DNA of 64,000 nt, taken from NCBI GenBank assembly GCA_964408285.1, contig CAYOYV010000005.1, positions 49,235-113,234 of the forward strand, given 5' to 3'. Both the position numbers and the translations under genes were made by a program. The DNA is from an uncultured Nitrososphaerota archaeon. GTDB taxonomy: Archaea; Thermoproteota; EX4484-205; JAAOZO01. Below, in pieces: positions 40,248 through 49,115 of this stretch. Numbering within the stretch: the stretch's first letter is position 1; each line of letters starts with the position of its first letter. Below the pieces are notes generated by a model. That model did not search any database and was not told where the DNA came from. It saw only the letters and a list, made by a program, of their open reading frames with translations.

Positions 40248-40679
40248 ATGAAGTCTGACCTAGATTTGAACATCAAGATCTTCTTGACAAGTATCTCGGG
40301 AGAGAGATTTTGGGATGTGGACGTGCCACCTCCGCCTCAATTGCAGATAGGAGTCAACATAAATGTCCTAGACATGAAACAGAAGTCAGAGAGTTCTGCT
40401 GAAGTGCCCTTCATTCTGACCGTTCAATACACCCCATCGATGGGGCAACTGACAGCAAAAGGCAGGGCGGGAATTGATGGAACGGCTGAGGAAATAGCAC
40501 AGCTGAAGTCAGGCGTGCAGACGAATCAGCTTCCGACGATGGTGGTTCAGGCCGTCAGCAGCTTCGTCATGGGTGAACTTGTAATCCTCAGCAAATCGCT
40601 GGGCCTGCCGCCCCCACTGCCACCCATGGTGCCCCAGACTCAGCTGACGCAGGAAGGGCAACAACGCTTCACAATCTGA
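40248..40679 (+). CDS. Conserved archaeal hypothetical protein (possible SecB-like fold)
   Basis: Beta-rich N-half, PFILTVQYTP, helix then LGLPPPLPP; ATG 40248. Confidence 0.55.
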   Translation: MKSDLDLNIKIFLTSISGERFWDVDVPPPPQLQIGVNINVLDMKQKSESSAEVPFILTVQYTPSMGQLTAKGRAGIDGTAEEIAQLKSGVQTNQLPTMVVQAVSSFVMGELVILSKSLGLPPPLPPMVPQTQLTQEGQQRFTI

Positions 40680-40760
40680 TGATTCTGGCTTACTCCATCT
40701 TTTTCTTGCATAGGCAGAGATGCAACGTACCGGCGACTTGCATGAGAGGAAGCATCAGGC

Positions 40761-42872
40761 TTGGGAACAGTTATCAACACGTATCGACGCACTGCCTCAA
40801 TGGTCCGCGGGACATGTAATCCCATAGTGACGGAAAAAGGCCGGAAAATCACTTTCGAGATCCTCTGGAAGGACAAGCCCCCGATTGATGTGAGATTGGT
40901 GAAACCGTCGAACCCGGTTCTAGAGCTGGGAGTGAGGACGAAGAGGCATGGGATTCGGATAGCCTACGACGATACTGACAGAGAAGGATTGTATCTATTC
41001 AATATCGTCAGTGGCCAAACCAAAAGGAAACGGTGTGTCTTGGTTGGCGATTTGATCGCAGATTGGTATACCGCGTCCATGGCCATAGAGCAAGGCAAAG
41101 AGGGAATTGTGAGACACCTCGACTCATTCTCGCAACATGGAAATCTGATTGTCCTACATCATCTGACTGGTCCTGAAGGCGTCTTCTACGAGAGTCGGCA
41201 ATTCCCAATCGCTGAGAACGCAGAACCTGCCCTAATAGATTTCTTTCTTTCGGAATCAGCACGAAGGGGATGCACTGTTCTCTTTTCCTATCACTGGGTT
41301 CCTGATGACTACATCAACATGTGGAGACATCCTTCCCCTAAGCAGATATTTCAGGCCAAGAGGGTCATAGAGGAACTCCATCAACGATACTCTCGTTACG
41401 ATTCTATGGCAGGATTCTATGCATACTGGGAGCCCGGAGATGTGCAGGATCTCCCATACTATCGAGAGACGATGGATTACGTCAAGCGACTTGACACTGG
41501 TCTATTCACCGCGTGTGCGCCCTATGTCTTCTCCACCGAAAGATACCAGGGAGGATCGCTTCCGTTGATATTCTCTGCGCTGTCTTCTGTCCGATCTCTT
41601 GATTGTTTTATACCCCAATCAAGTGTTGCGGTCTTTCCTTACCCATTGAGTAGAACAAAGGATCATATTCTGCTTGCAGCTGCTTCATCGAGTGGCCTAG
41701 GGAAAATAGTCCTCGGTCATGTTGAGACTTTTGGAAGATCGTTTGTCAAGGGAGAATCTGCACCTCCTTCTTCATTCATTGAGGCCCAGATACTCGGTGC
41801 TTCATTGACAAGTGGGGCTTCTGGAGATGCATTCTTCGTCTATGCCTATCTGCTTGGTAGGAGACCGAATGAGAATGGCTCCATTGAGAGGGCAATGAAA
41901 TTCCTCAAGCTCACAGGTCCCCACAGAAGGAAGCCGATTCCAGTGGCCGTCTATTCCCCCCTTCAAGCGTCTCACTGGCCCAACGTTCTAAGTCCTTTTC
42001 TCCTGAGGACTCGAAAGCTGGGCTTGGACCTCGGTGTTGTACAGCCCCCTTTCTCGTGTGACAGGAAATGGAAGAGATGGATCAAGTCAAATGTCAAGGT
42101 GCTTATTCTGCCCGATCCTCCTGAACTCGTAGAATCGGAGGCCGGATTCCTGGCGGAATATATCAAAGACGGAGGGGAACTCGTAGTTATCGGCTATCCT
42201 CCTAGCGGGATCCGGAAACTGATGGGAATCGAAAGCAGGAACATAGGGAGATATGGTGGCCTCAAGCTGCTGAGAGCATTGGGCGAAAGGGTATCGATTG
42301 ACACTGTGAGTAGATTCGGGTTCGAGCTAGTCTTTTGCGCTACATGTGTGGAGGCAGAGCCCCTAGCAGTCTATGAATCAATCCCCTCCGGATATCAACC
42401 CGGGGCCTATGCCATCGCGAGGATGCAGAGAGGCCGAGGTTCTGGATTCTTCATCGGACTTCCATCAGCTTTGCTGCTCGAGAAAATCCCGAATATCCTG
42501 CTTGACATTCTGGATGCCGCTCTGTCAAGGAATGACCTTCGGATTCCTTGGGAAGTCAGAGGTCTGACCGATGAATGCGACTTGATGAGCAAGGAGGATT
42601 TCTTGGCAGCAGTGAACTATGCAGAAAAGGAGATCGAGGCGACCGCTATCTTTCGAGGCGCAGTGGGGAGAAGGTCTCTCCAATTGATCGGAGATGCGTA
42701 TCCTGTGAGGCATTCTGGGGAAGCAATTGAGCTAAGACTCCTGCTTAGGCAATGTAAGCCAGCAGGGGCCGTTCTCGTGAGACAATCGGGAGTGGATTGC
42801 CCAAACGCGATGGAATGTGATGAACTCCCAGATTCAGTTAAGCCACAGGATCAATCGCTGGCAACCCAATGA
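40761..42872 (+). CDS. Putative glycoside hydrolase (DUF4434-like barrel plus GATase1/trimerisation-like domain)
   Basis: ELHQRY..YDSMAGFYAYWEP, PQSSV, HVETF, then LAEYIKDGGELV and GRGSGFFIG; start uncertain. Confidence 0.5.
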   Translation: MGTVINTYRRTASMVRGTCNPIVTEKGRKITFEILWKDKPPIDVRLVKPSNPVLELGVRTKRHGIRIAYDDTDREGLYLFNIVSGQTKRKRCVLVGDLIADWYTASMAIEQGKEGIVRHLDSFSQHGNLIVLHHLTGPEGVFYESRQFPIAENAEPALIDFFLSESARRGCTVLFSYHWVPDDYINMWRHPSPKQIFQAKRVIEELHQRYSRYDSMAGFYAYWEPGDVQDLPYYRETMDYVKRLDTGLFTACAPYVFSTERYQGGSLPLIFSALSSVRSLDCFIPQSSVAVFPYPLSRTKDHILLAAASSSGLGKIVLGHVETFGRSFVKGESAPPSSFIEAQILGASLTSGASGDAFFVYAYLLGRRPNENGSIERAMKFLKLTGPHRRKPIPVAVYSPLQASHWPNVLSPFLLRTRKLGLDLGVVQPPFSCDRKWKRWIKSNVKVLILPDPPELVESEAGFLAEYIKDGGELVVIGYPPSGIRKLMGIESRNIGRYGGLKLLRALGERVSIDTVSRFGFELVFCATCVEAEPLAVYESIPSGYQPGAYAIARMQRGRGSGFFIGLPSALLLEKIPNILLDILDAALSRNDLRIPWEVRGLTDECDLMSKEDFLAAVNYAEKEIEATAIFRGAVGRRSLQLIGDAYPVRHSGEAIELRLLLRQCKPAGAVLVRQSGVDCPNAMECDELPDSVKPQDQSLATQ

Positions 42873-43519
42873 ACAGCATTCTTGATTATCAACTGCACAT
42901 TCGGATCGCGGAATGTTGGAAACGTCTCGTGCCCCGCTCTGAAGTAGAAGATCTTGCCTTTGCCTGCGGTCCAAGTCAGACCTGAACGGAATACCGCGCC
43001 GTCAGTCTCGAAAACCGACACTAGGACCAGATCCTTGGGTCTTGGAATGTCGAAGGGTTCGCCGTACATTTCCTCCTTGGGGAGGATGAAGTCAGACACC
43101 CCTTGCGATATCGGGTGAAATCGGTCGACGATGTGCACGCGCTCTGACTTTCCATCTTCGCGCCAACTTCCGAGGCTGCATTTGGTGCCCATCAGCTTGA
43201 TGAATGGTTTGGAGAAGTGCGAGGAATGCAGAGCGATGAAACCCATTCCTTCGTTCCTAACCCTTCCGACAACTCTCTCAACTGCTTCTTCGGGGACTTG
43301 TGCATGCTTCTGATGACCCCACCAAATCAGAACATCGGCTCTGGAAAGAATTTCCTCGTTAAGGCCGGAGTCCGGATCCGAAATCTGGGATGTGACTGCC
43401 CTTACGCCAGGCACTCTGTTCAGATAGTCTGCCAACTCACCATGTATGCCCTTCGGATAGACTCCTTTGGGCTCCGTGAATTCTGACCAAGCTAGAACGT
43501 TCAGTGTTACGGGGTTCAT
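42851..43519 (-). CDS. ThuA-like (trehalose utilisation) protein
   Basis: VYPKGIH, DVLIWWGH, GMGFIALHSSHFSK, EEMYGEPFDIP, FYFRAGHETFP. Confidence 0.88.
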   Translation of the reverse strand: MNPVTLNVLAWSEFTEPKGVYPKGIHGELADYLNRVPGVRAVTSQISDPDSGLNEEILSRADVLIWWGHQKHAQVPEEAVERVVGRVRNEGMGFIALHSSHFSKPFIKLMGTKCSLGSWREDGKSERVHIVDRFHPISQGVSDFILPKEEMYGEPFDIPRPKDLVLVSVFETDGAVFRSGLTWTAGKGKIFYFRAGHETFPTFRDPNVQLIIKNAVHWVASD

Positions 43520-43698
43520 GCTTCCAATCTATCGCTCAGTCTTTTGGATACGGTTAAACGTTTCGGGCAACATCCGTCTTCCAAGAAATCGCCTCATAAA
43601 GGGTGAGACCAGAAGGCTCCAGCCGCATTGCAGAGACGACGAGACCGTAGGATGGTCTGGGCTTTAAATAGCTGGGAAGTCGCATTCACTGTTAAAGG

Positions 43699-44619
43699 AT
43701 GGTTGACATAGTCCCCTTTGAGCAGGAAATGCTGAAGCGGATAAACAGAGCCGCCAATCGAAATCTCAGCCACGACATTATCTCCCACGACACATTCAAA
43801 AGAATGACCATATTAGATCCTAATTTCGATAGACAATATTCTCTGGTTGCATTGGATCAGGGCATTGAGGTCGGATTCCTGCTCGGGGTGAGAAGAACGA
43901 GGGCTCCTGAAGCCATGGTCAGCAAACAGAAGGACATAGCCTGGGTGAAGCTCTTCTTCGTCGAAAAACATCTTAGGCGGTCTGGGATAGGCTCGCAGCT
44001 TTTCGCCCAATTCGAGGCGATGATGGAAAAGAATGGAATTAGCAAAATCAGGATATCCGATTACCCTGCTTGGAACCTGACATCAGGACTGGACGTAAGA
44101 TATGAGGAGGCAATCGAATTCCTTTCTAGAAGGGGATATAGAAAGGTCGGGGAGACGGTTGACTACGAGATAGATTTGCTTGACTTTTATGTCCCAAGAA
44201 GAATCATGGGCTTCGAGAACGGGGAGGTCACCACCAGAAGAGCGGAGCAATCTGAGAGGATGAGGGTGATAGAGTGGGTCGAGAAGCTCTTCTCGACATT
44301 CTGGAGAGTAGAGGCCGATCGGGCCTTCGACTACGAGAAGCCAAAGATCTGGATAGCAGAGCAGGGTGATCGCATCATTGGATTCTCCGTATACAGCGCT
44401 TTCGAACCCAGTTGGTTCGGTCCGATTGGTGTTGAACCAGAGGTCAGGACGAGGGGTATAGGATCTCTTCTGCTTTTCAATTCGCTCAGGGACATGAGGG
44501 AAGAAGGACAGAGGATAGCAGTAGTACCCTGGACCAGCCACCTCTTCTTCTACGCACAGGTTCCCGGAATAAGAAGGATACGGCATTATTGGATAATGGA
44601 GAAGACTCTGACGGCGTAA
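43699..44619 (+). CDS. Tandem-GNAT N-acetyltransferase
   Basis: Two acetyl-CoA motifs: RRSGIGSQL and FGPIGV..RTRGIGSLL. Confidence 0.82.
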   Translation: MVDIVPFEQEMLKRINRAANRNLSHDIISHDTFKRMTILDPNFDRQYSLVALDQGIEVGFLLGVRRTRAPEAMVSKQKDIAWVKLFFVEKHLRRSGIGSQLFAQFEAMMEKNGISKIRISDYPAWNLTSGLDVRYEEAIEFLSRRGYRKVGETVDYEIDLLDFYVPRRIMGFENGEVTTRRAEQSERMRVIEWVEKLFSTFWRVEADRAFDYEKPKIWIAEQGDRIIGFSVYSAFEPSWFGPIGVEPEVRTRGIGSLLLFNSLRDMREEGQRIAVVPWTSHLFFYAQVPGIRRIRHYWIMEKTLTA

Positions 44620-44649
44620 ATGGGGCGCAGCATTTCGGAAAGATTCCGC

Positions 44650-45447
44650 TCAAAGTGATCTGTCTTCGATGAAAGGTATCACGAACGCAGCAATGAATCC
44701 CAGAGATATGGAACACAAGAGCAGCAACGCAGTATCAGTAATCGGACGTATGACGACGAAGTAGAGGACTCCGATGAGTGCAATACTTCCGACTGCGAAA
44801 ATCCCCCTTTTGATTCGATTGCCGGGTTCTCTTAGATTTCTGCGCTCTGCCAGGAAGTATCCGCTCAGGACACCAATGAGAATTCCGTTCGTGATGGCAT
44901 TTGCCTGAAGGCCCAGTCCGGACCAAAATGAAAGAAGAAAAAGGACTACAGGCACGGTCAGCCATATGATTCTATTCCATCGTCCGAGACGGGAGGACAA
45001 ATCGGATCTCTGTATGACTATGGAAAGCGACAATACCGCGAGGCCCGTGATCCACCCTCCTATGATGTCCAGAGGATAATGGACGCTTAATGCGATTCTG
45101 GAATAGGAGACAAGCAGAACAGTCGCAATTGACATCAAGCCCAGAGGGAGGTTGCTGAAGTTATATGAGAGATAGCCCCAAAGCACCACGCTTCCTTGGG
45201 CATGTCCACTAGGAAATCCGTACCCCTCTACCGCAACCTTCCACAACTCTGTGGGAGGTCTCGGCATCTTGAAGAAATCCTTCGCGATGGCATTGATGCA
45301 CATGTTCAGGAGAACCACTGTCGATACTCTGGCTCCTAGCCTTCTCTCATAAAAGAGATAGATAAGCGAAAGAATGACGATGTAGAATCTCTCCTCCCCC
45401 AATTGTGTCACTGCCAGCCAAATGAAATCCACAACTTCCATAGGCAA
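44650..45447 (-). CDS. PAP2 family membrane phosphatase
   Basis: K...KMPRP, FPSGHAQ, SRIALSVHYPLD. Confidence 0.9.
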   Translation of the reverse strand: MPMEVVDFIWLAVTQLGEERFYIVILSLIYLFYERRLGARVSTVVLLNMCINAIAKDFFKMPRPPTELWKVAVEGYGFPSGHAQGSVVLWGYLSYNFSNLPLGLMSIATVLLVSYSRIALSVHYPLDIIGGWITGLAVLSLSIVIQRSDLSSRLGRWNRIIWLTVPVVLFLLSFWSGLGLQANAITNGILIGVLSGYFLAERRNLREPGNRIKRGIFAVGSIALIGVLYFVVIRPITDTALLLLCSISLGFIAAFVIPFIEDRSL

Positions 45448-45548
45448 AGTCAGCGATCCCGTGGTTATTAATTGGTGTCGTCAAGGCGAATATTCCGAGC
45501 TGTCCGTCCACAGAGGGAAGAAGAACGAAAAAAGGGATTTGGGGACCT

Positions 45549-45770
45549 TCAGACTTCTACCAAAGTCTCGGTCCTCTTCACTCCACTGACTGCATGTATT
45601 GACTTGAGAATTCTGCCAAGGGAAGCTCTGTCGCCAGCCTTTACCAATATTACCCCGTCGAATCTGCCGAATGTTATGAACACATCCTCAACACCTTCAA
45701 GTCTTTTGATCGCGGCAATAGTCTTGCCAGGGGCCTTTCCGCGTAGCCTAATTAGAGTCAGGGCCTTCAT
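45549..45770 (-). CDS. Stand-alone Lrp/AsnC ligand-binding (RAM) domain protein
   Basis: GVEDVFITFGRFDGVI..GVKRTETLV; no HTH. Confidence 0.8.
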   Translation of the reverse strand: MKALTLIRLRGKAPGKTIAAIKRLEGVEDVFITFGRFDGVILVKAGDRASLGRILKSIHAVSGVKRTETLVEV

Positions 45771-45777
45771 GCGTCAT

Positions 45778-46008
45778 TCACCTCTTTTGTACCTCCACTA
45801 GGGTCTCCGAGGCAGTGACTCCCTTTATTCCAAGGACGCTTAGGGCCAAATTCGAGAGTTCGTTGAGATCACCCACATCAGCCACCACAGCTATGTCCGC
45901 CCTTCCTGTGACGGGGAAGGCTTCGTTGACTCCCTTCAGCTTCTTCAGATGTGCAACGACGTCCTCATACGCTCCTGCTTCAGTGAACACCAATATTGCT
46001 GCCTTCAT
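45778..46008 (-). CDS. Stand-alone Lrp/AsnC ligand-binding (RAM) domain protein
   Basis: GVNEAFPVTGRADIAV..GVTASETLV; ATG 46008. Confidence 0.8.
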   Translation of the reverse strand: MKAAILVFTEAGAYEDVVAHLKKLKGVNEAFPVTGRADIAVVADVGDLNELSNLALSVLGIKGVTASETLVEVQKR

Positions 46009-46126
46009 CTCACATTCGCACAATCAGAAGCTCAGGGAGGGAATATTAGATTTTCGAGCAAGGGCTTGAGAAGACGTAGACACGGCTCAAAAGCGATAAA
46101 TTCGGCAAGAGATCCACCTCACCGAG

Positions 46127-46852
46127 TTGTCGCATGCGCGGACTGCTGGAAAACGGGTTGTCTCTAAGATACTCCCTAGGCTCAGCTCTTCTCTCGATAT
46201 TGAGCCTTCTAGATTCGCTGCTCTTCATCTTGCGTCGAAGCATGCTGATACATTCCAATTGCTTCTCGGGACGGTGTTGTCGCAGAACACGAACGATAGG
46301 AACGCTCTTGCGGCTTTCGAACGCCTGTCAGGAATAGTGGGTACATCCCCCGAAGCAATCTCTGGGGCACCTTTCTCCAAGATTCGCAATGCCATAAGGC
46401 CAGCTGGCATGTTCAATATCAGGGCAAAGAGAATCAAGGAGTTGGCACGATGTATCCTTGAAAAACATGATGGCGACTTGAGTTGGATTCGCGCGCTCCC
46501 ACTCGAGAACGCTAGGAGCATGATATTGGATCTGCCTCAGGTCGGACCGAAAACGGCAGATGTCCTGCTGTTGTTCGTCGGCCACAAAAGAACCTTCCCT
46601 ATAGACACTCATATCAGTAGAGTCTCAAGAAGGCTTCACATCATTACAGATCAAGATAATTACGAACAAGCCAGGAAGAAGCTAATGAAGGCATTTCCCC
46701 CCTCGAGATACCTTCAAGCCCATCTTCTTCTCATAGAACATGGTAGGCGAACTTGCAGGGCGAGGAGGCCACTTTGTGGAGCATGCCCCCTGCAAGATCT
46801 GTGTCCCTTTCCAAGAAAGCATCCCGAGTTCTTGAGCATAAACGACCGATGA
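46127..46852 (+). CDS. nth: Endonuclease III
   Basis: LSQNTND, LPQVGPKTAD HhH, PIDTHI, C-x6-C-x2-C-x5-C Fe-S motif. Confidence 0.9.
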   Translation: MSHARTAGKRVVSKILPRLSSSLDIEPSRFAALHLASKHADTFQLLLGTVLSQNTNDRNALAAFERLSGIVGTSPEAISGAPFSKIRNAIRPAGMFNIRAKRIKELARCILEKHDGDLSWIRALPLENARSMILDLPQVGPKTADVLLLFVGHKRTFPIDTHISRVSRRLHIITDQDNYEQARKKLMKAFPPSRYLQAHLLLIEHGRRTCRARRPLCGACPLQDLCPFPRKHPEFLSINDR

Positions 46853-46944
46853 GGATGTAACATGCAGGAGGGGCAGGACCCTAGAACATCGCGTCTGGAG
46901 GTGGGAAAACTTAAAGCGCTACTTCGATTGATCAACCCGTCACC

Positions 46945-48024
46945 ATGAAGGTCATAGTCACGGGAATAAGCGGAAGCGGCAGGAGTTCCTATCTTCAATC
47001 AGTTCTCCAGTATGCCACCGGGAAGGGGAAACAAGTCAAGATCCTCGAGGTTGGCAACATGATGTTTGCCATTGCCCAAGCTCTTGGCATAACGATACCA
47101 GAGGACAAGATATTGGATCTTTCGCCCTCGACCCTTGGCTATCTAAGGACTGCTGTATTCGAGCAGATACTCCGCGAGTGTAGCCAGAATGAGAATCTCA
47201 TCATTAGCACGCACGCATGCTTCAGATGGAAGAAACACATACTCAATGCATTCGACTTTCACTATCTGAATGAGATAAATCCTGATCTTTACGTCACAGT
47301 CGTCGATGAGCTTCTCCCCATCAAGGCCAGACTGGAAGCAAGCGATCAGTGGAAAGGCCACCTTGACCTGAAGGACATCCTGATCTGGAGAGATGAGGAG
47401 ATCTTCATTACGAAGGCAATAGCGGATTTCCAGAGGAAGCCATTCTATATAATGCCACGAAAGCAACCTCCCGACACCTTATACAGGTTCATGCTTGATC
47501 CAAACTCCAAGAAGGTGTATCTCAGCTATCCAATAACGCATGTGAGGAAGCATGCCGAGAAACTCAGAGCAAAGGATGGCTTTAGAGACAAGCTGAGAAC
47601 GGCAGGAATGGTGATCTTTGACCCAGGAGAGATAGACGACGTCAACGCGATAAAGCTTGCTTCCGACGCGGCTTCCAACAAGAAGGAAAGGCTAGAATTC
47701 GAAACCGAAGGCAACCGGATCCAAGTCCCTACAAGAGAGATCCAGGAAATGAGAGACTACATATATGATCAAATAGTCGCGAGGGATTATCAGCTCATAG
47801 ATCAGAGCGATCTTATAATAGTCTACTATTATATCCCTGTAATGTCCCCTGGCGTTCTCTCTGAGATGTCATATGGCTTCACGAACAACAGAGATGTACT
47901 AGTGGTGTTCAAGGGGCCTGAGAGCCCCTTCTTCCATTATTACTCAACGAGAATATTCAGTGACGAATCAGAGTTGATGCAGTATCTGAAAGAAATCGGA
48001 TTCGTGCGGCAAGGTTCCGGCTAG
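46945..48024 (+). CDS. Archaeal adenylate-kinase-like P-loop domain fused to nucleoside deoxyribosyltransferase-like domain
   Basis: VTGISGSGRS, STHA, WRDEE; C-terminal VYLSYPIT..RDYQLIDQSD..SPGVLSE. Confidence 0.65.
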   Translation: MKVIVTGISGSGRSSYLQSVLQYATGKGKQVKILEVGNMMFAIAQALGITIPEDKILDLSPSTLGYLRTAVFEQILRECSQNENLIISTHACFRWKKHILNAFDFHYLNEINPDLYVTVVDELLPIKARLEASDQWKGHLDLKDILIWRDEEIFITKAIADFQRKPFYIMPRKQPPDTLYRFMLDPNSKKVYLSYPITHVRKHAEKLRAKDGFRDKLRTAGMVIFDPGEIDDVNAIKLASDAASNKKERLEFETEGNRIQVPTREIQEMRDYIYDQIVARDYQLIDQSDLIIVYYYIPVMSPGVLSEMSYGFTNNRDVLVVFKGPESPFFHYYSTRIFSDESELMQYLKEIGFVRQGSG

Positions 48025-48056
48025 GCCTCTGCTCCAAGACAAGCGATCGCGCTACC

Positions 48057-49115
48057 CTAGAAAATTATGATATTCCAAGGCTTCACACTGACACCCACTT
48101 TTTCACCGATTCTTCTACGCAGCATTCGGTAGGATTCCTTCGGATTGCCCTTGCAATGCACAATGATTCCATTTACGTCTACCTTGGCGGCAATATTGGT
48201 GCCACCGTAGATTACAGCTATGAGTCTGCCGTTGATCAAACCATCTTCAGGTCTTACCACTCTGGTCTCTTCTGGCCTGAACAGAATCTTCGCTTCAGCC
48301 CCCGTTGATGCCCACCATTTCGGTTTCACGACGCGTACTCTTCTCTCGCTCACCGAGATCAGTACGCTTTTCTGATCGATGTTTTCCACGGAACACTCCA
48401 ACTGATTCGACGCTCCAAGGAACCTTGCGGATTTCTCTGTAGGCGGCAATCCATAGACCTCACTCGTCAGGCCGAACGCATCAATCGATCCATCAAAGAG
48501 AATGGCAAGCTGATCGCTCATCAAGACCGCTTCCGTTTGGTCATGAGTCACATAGATCGTAGTAATATTGAGGCTTTTCTGTATCTCCTTTATGACCTCT
48601 GATATCTCGATCTTGAGTGATGGATCTAGGCCCGCAAGAGGCTCGTCGAGCAGCAAGACATCCACTTCAGCAGATATGGCCCTTCCGATTGCAACCCTTT
48701 GCTGTTGTCCGCCGCTCAGCTCATGAGGGTATCTCTTCTCAAGGCCTATCAGCTCAACCATTTCAACTACCTTCTTCACCCTTTGGGCAGTTGATGCCGA
48801 ATCCCTGCCCCTGGCCTCAAGAGGGAAGGATATGTTTTCGTTCACGCTCAGGTTCGGGAATAGGGCCAGATTCTGAAAGACCATTCCCACCCTCCGCACT
48901 GAAGGGGCAAGGTCGGTCACATCCCTGTTTCCGAAGAAAATCCTACCGGAGTCAGGTGTCAGCAGCCCAGCGATGATCTTGAGGACCGTGGTTTTTCCAC
49001 TTCCGCTCGGACCCAGCAAAGCCACTATCGTGCCTGATGGCACATCAAGAGACATGTCATCGACAGCTAGGACTTTCCCATATGCCTTGCTTACGTTTTC
49101 AAGCCTCAAGTTCAT
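48057..49115 (-). CDS. thiQ: Thiamine ABC transporter ATP-binding subunit
   Basis: GPSGSGKT, LSGGQQQR, LLDEP, VTHDQ; operon under a TPP riboswitch. Confidence 0.8.
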   Translation of the reverse strand: MNLRLENVSKAYGKVLAVDDMSLDVPSGTIVALLGPSGSGKTTVLKIIAGLLTPDSGRIFFGNRDVTDLAPSVRRVGMVFQNLALFPNLSVNENISFPLEARGRDSASTAQRVKKVVEMVELIGLEKRYPHELSGGQQQRVAIGRAISAEVDVLLLDEPLAGLDPSLKIEISEVIKEIQKSLNITTIYVTHDQTEAVLMSDQLAILFDGSIDAFGLTSEVYGLPPTEKSARFLGASNQLECSVENIDQKSVLISVSERRVRVVKPKWWASTGAEAKILFRPEETRVVRPEDGLINGRLIAVIYGGTNIAAKVDVNGIIVHCKGNPKESYRMLRRRIGEKVGVSVKPWNIIIF

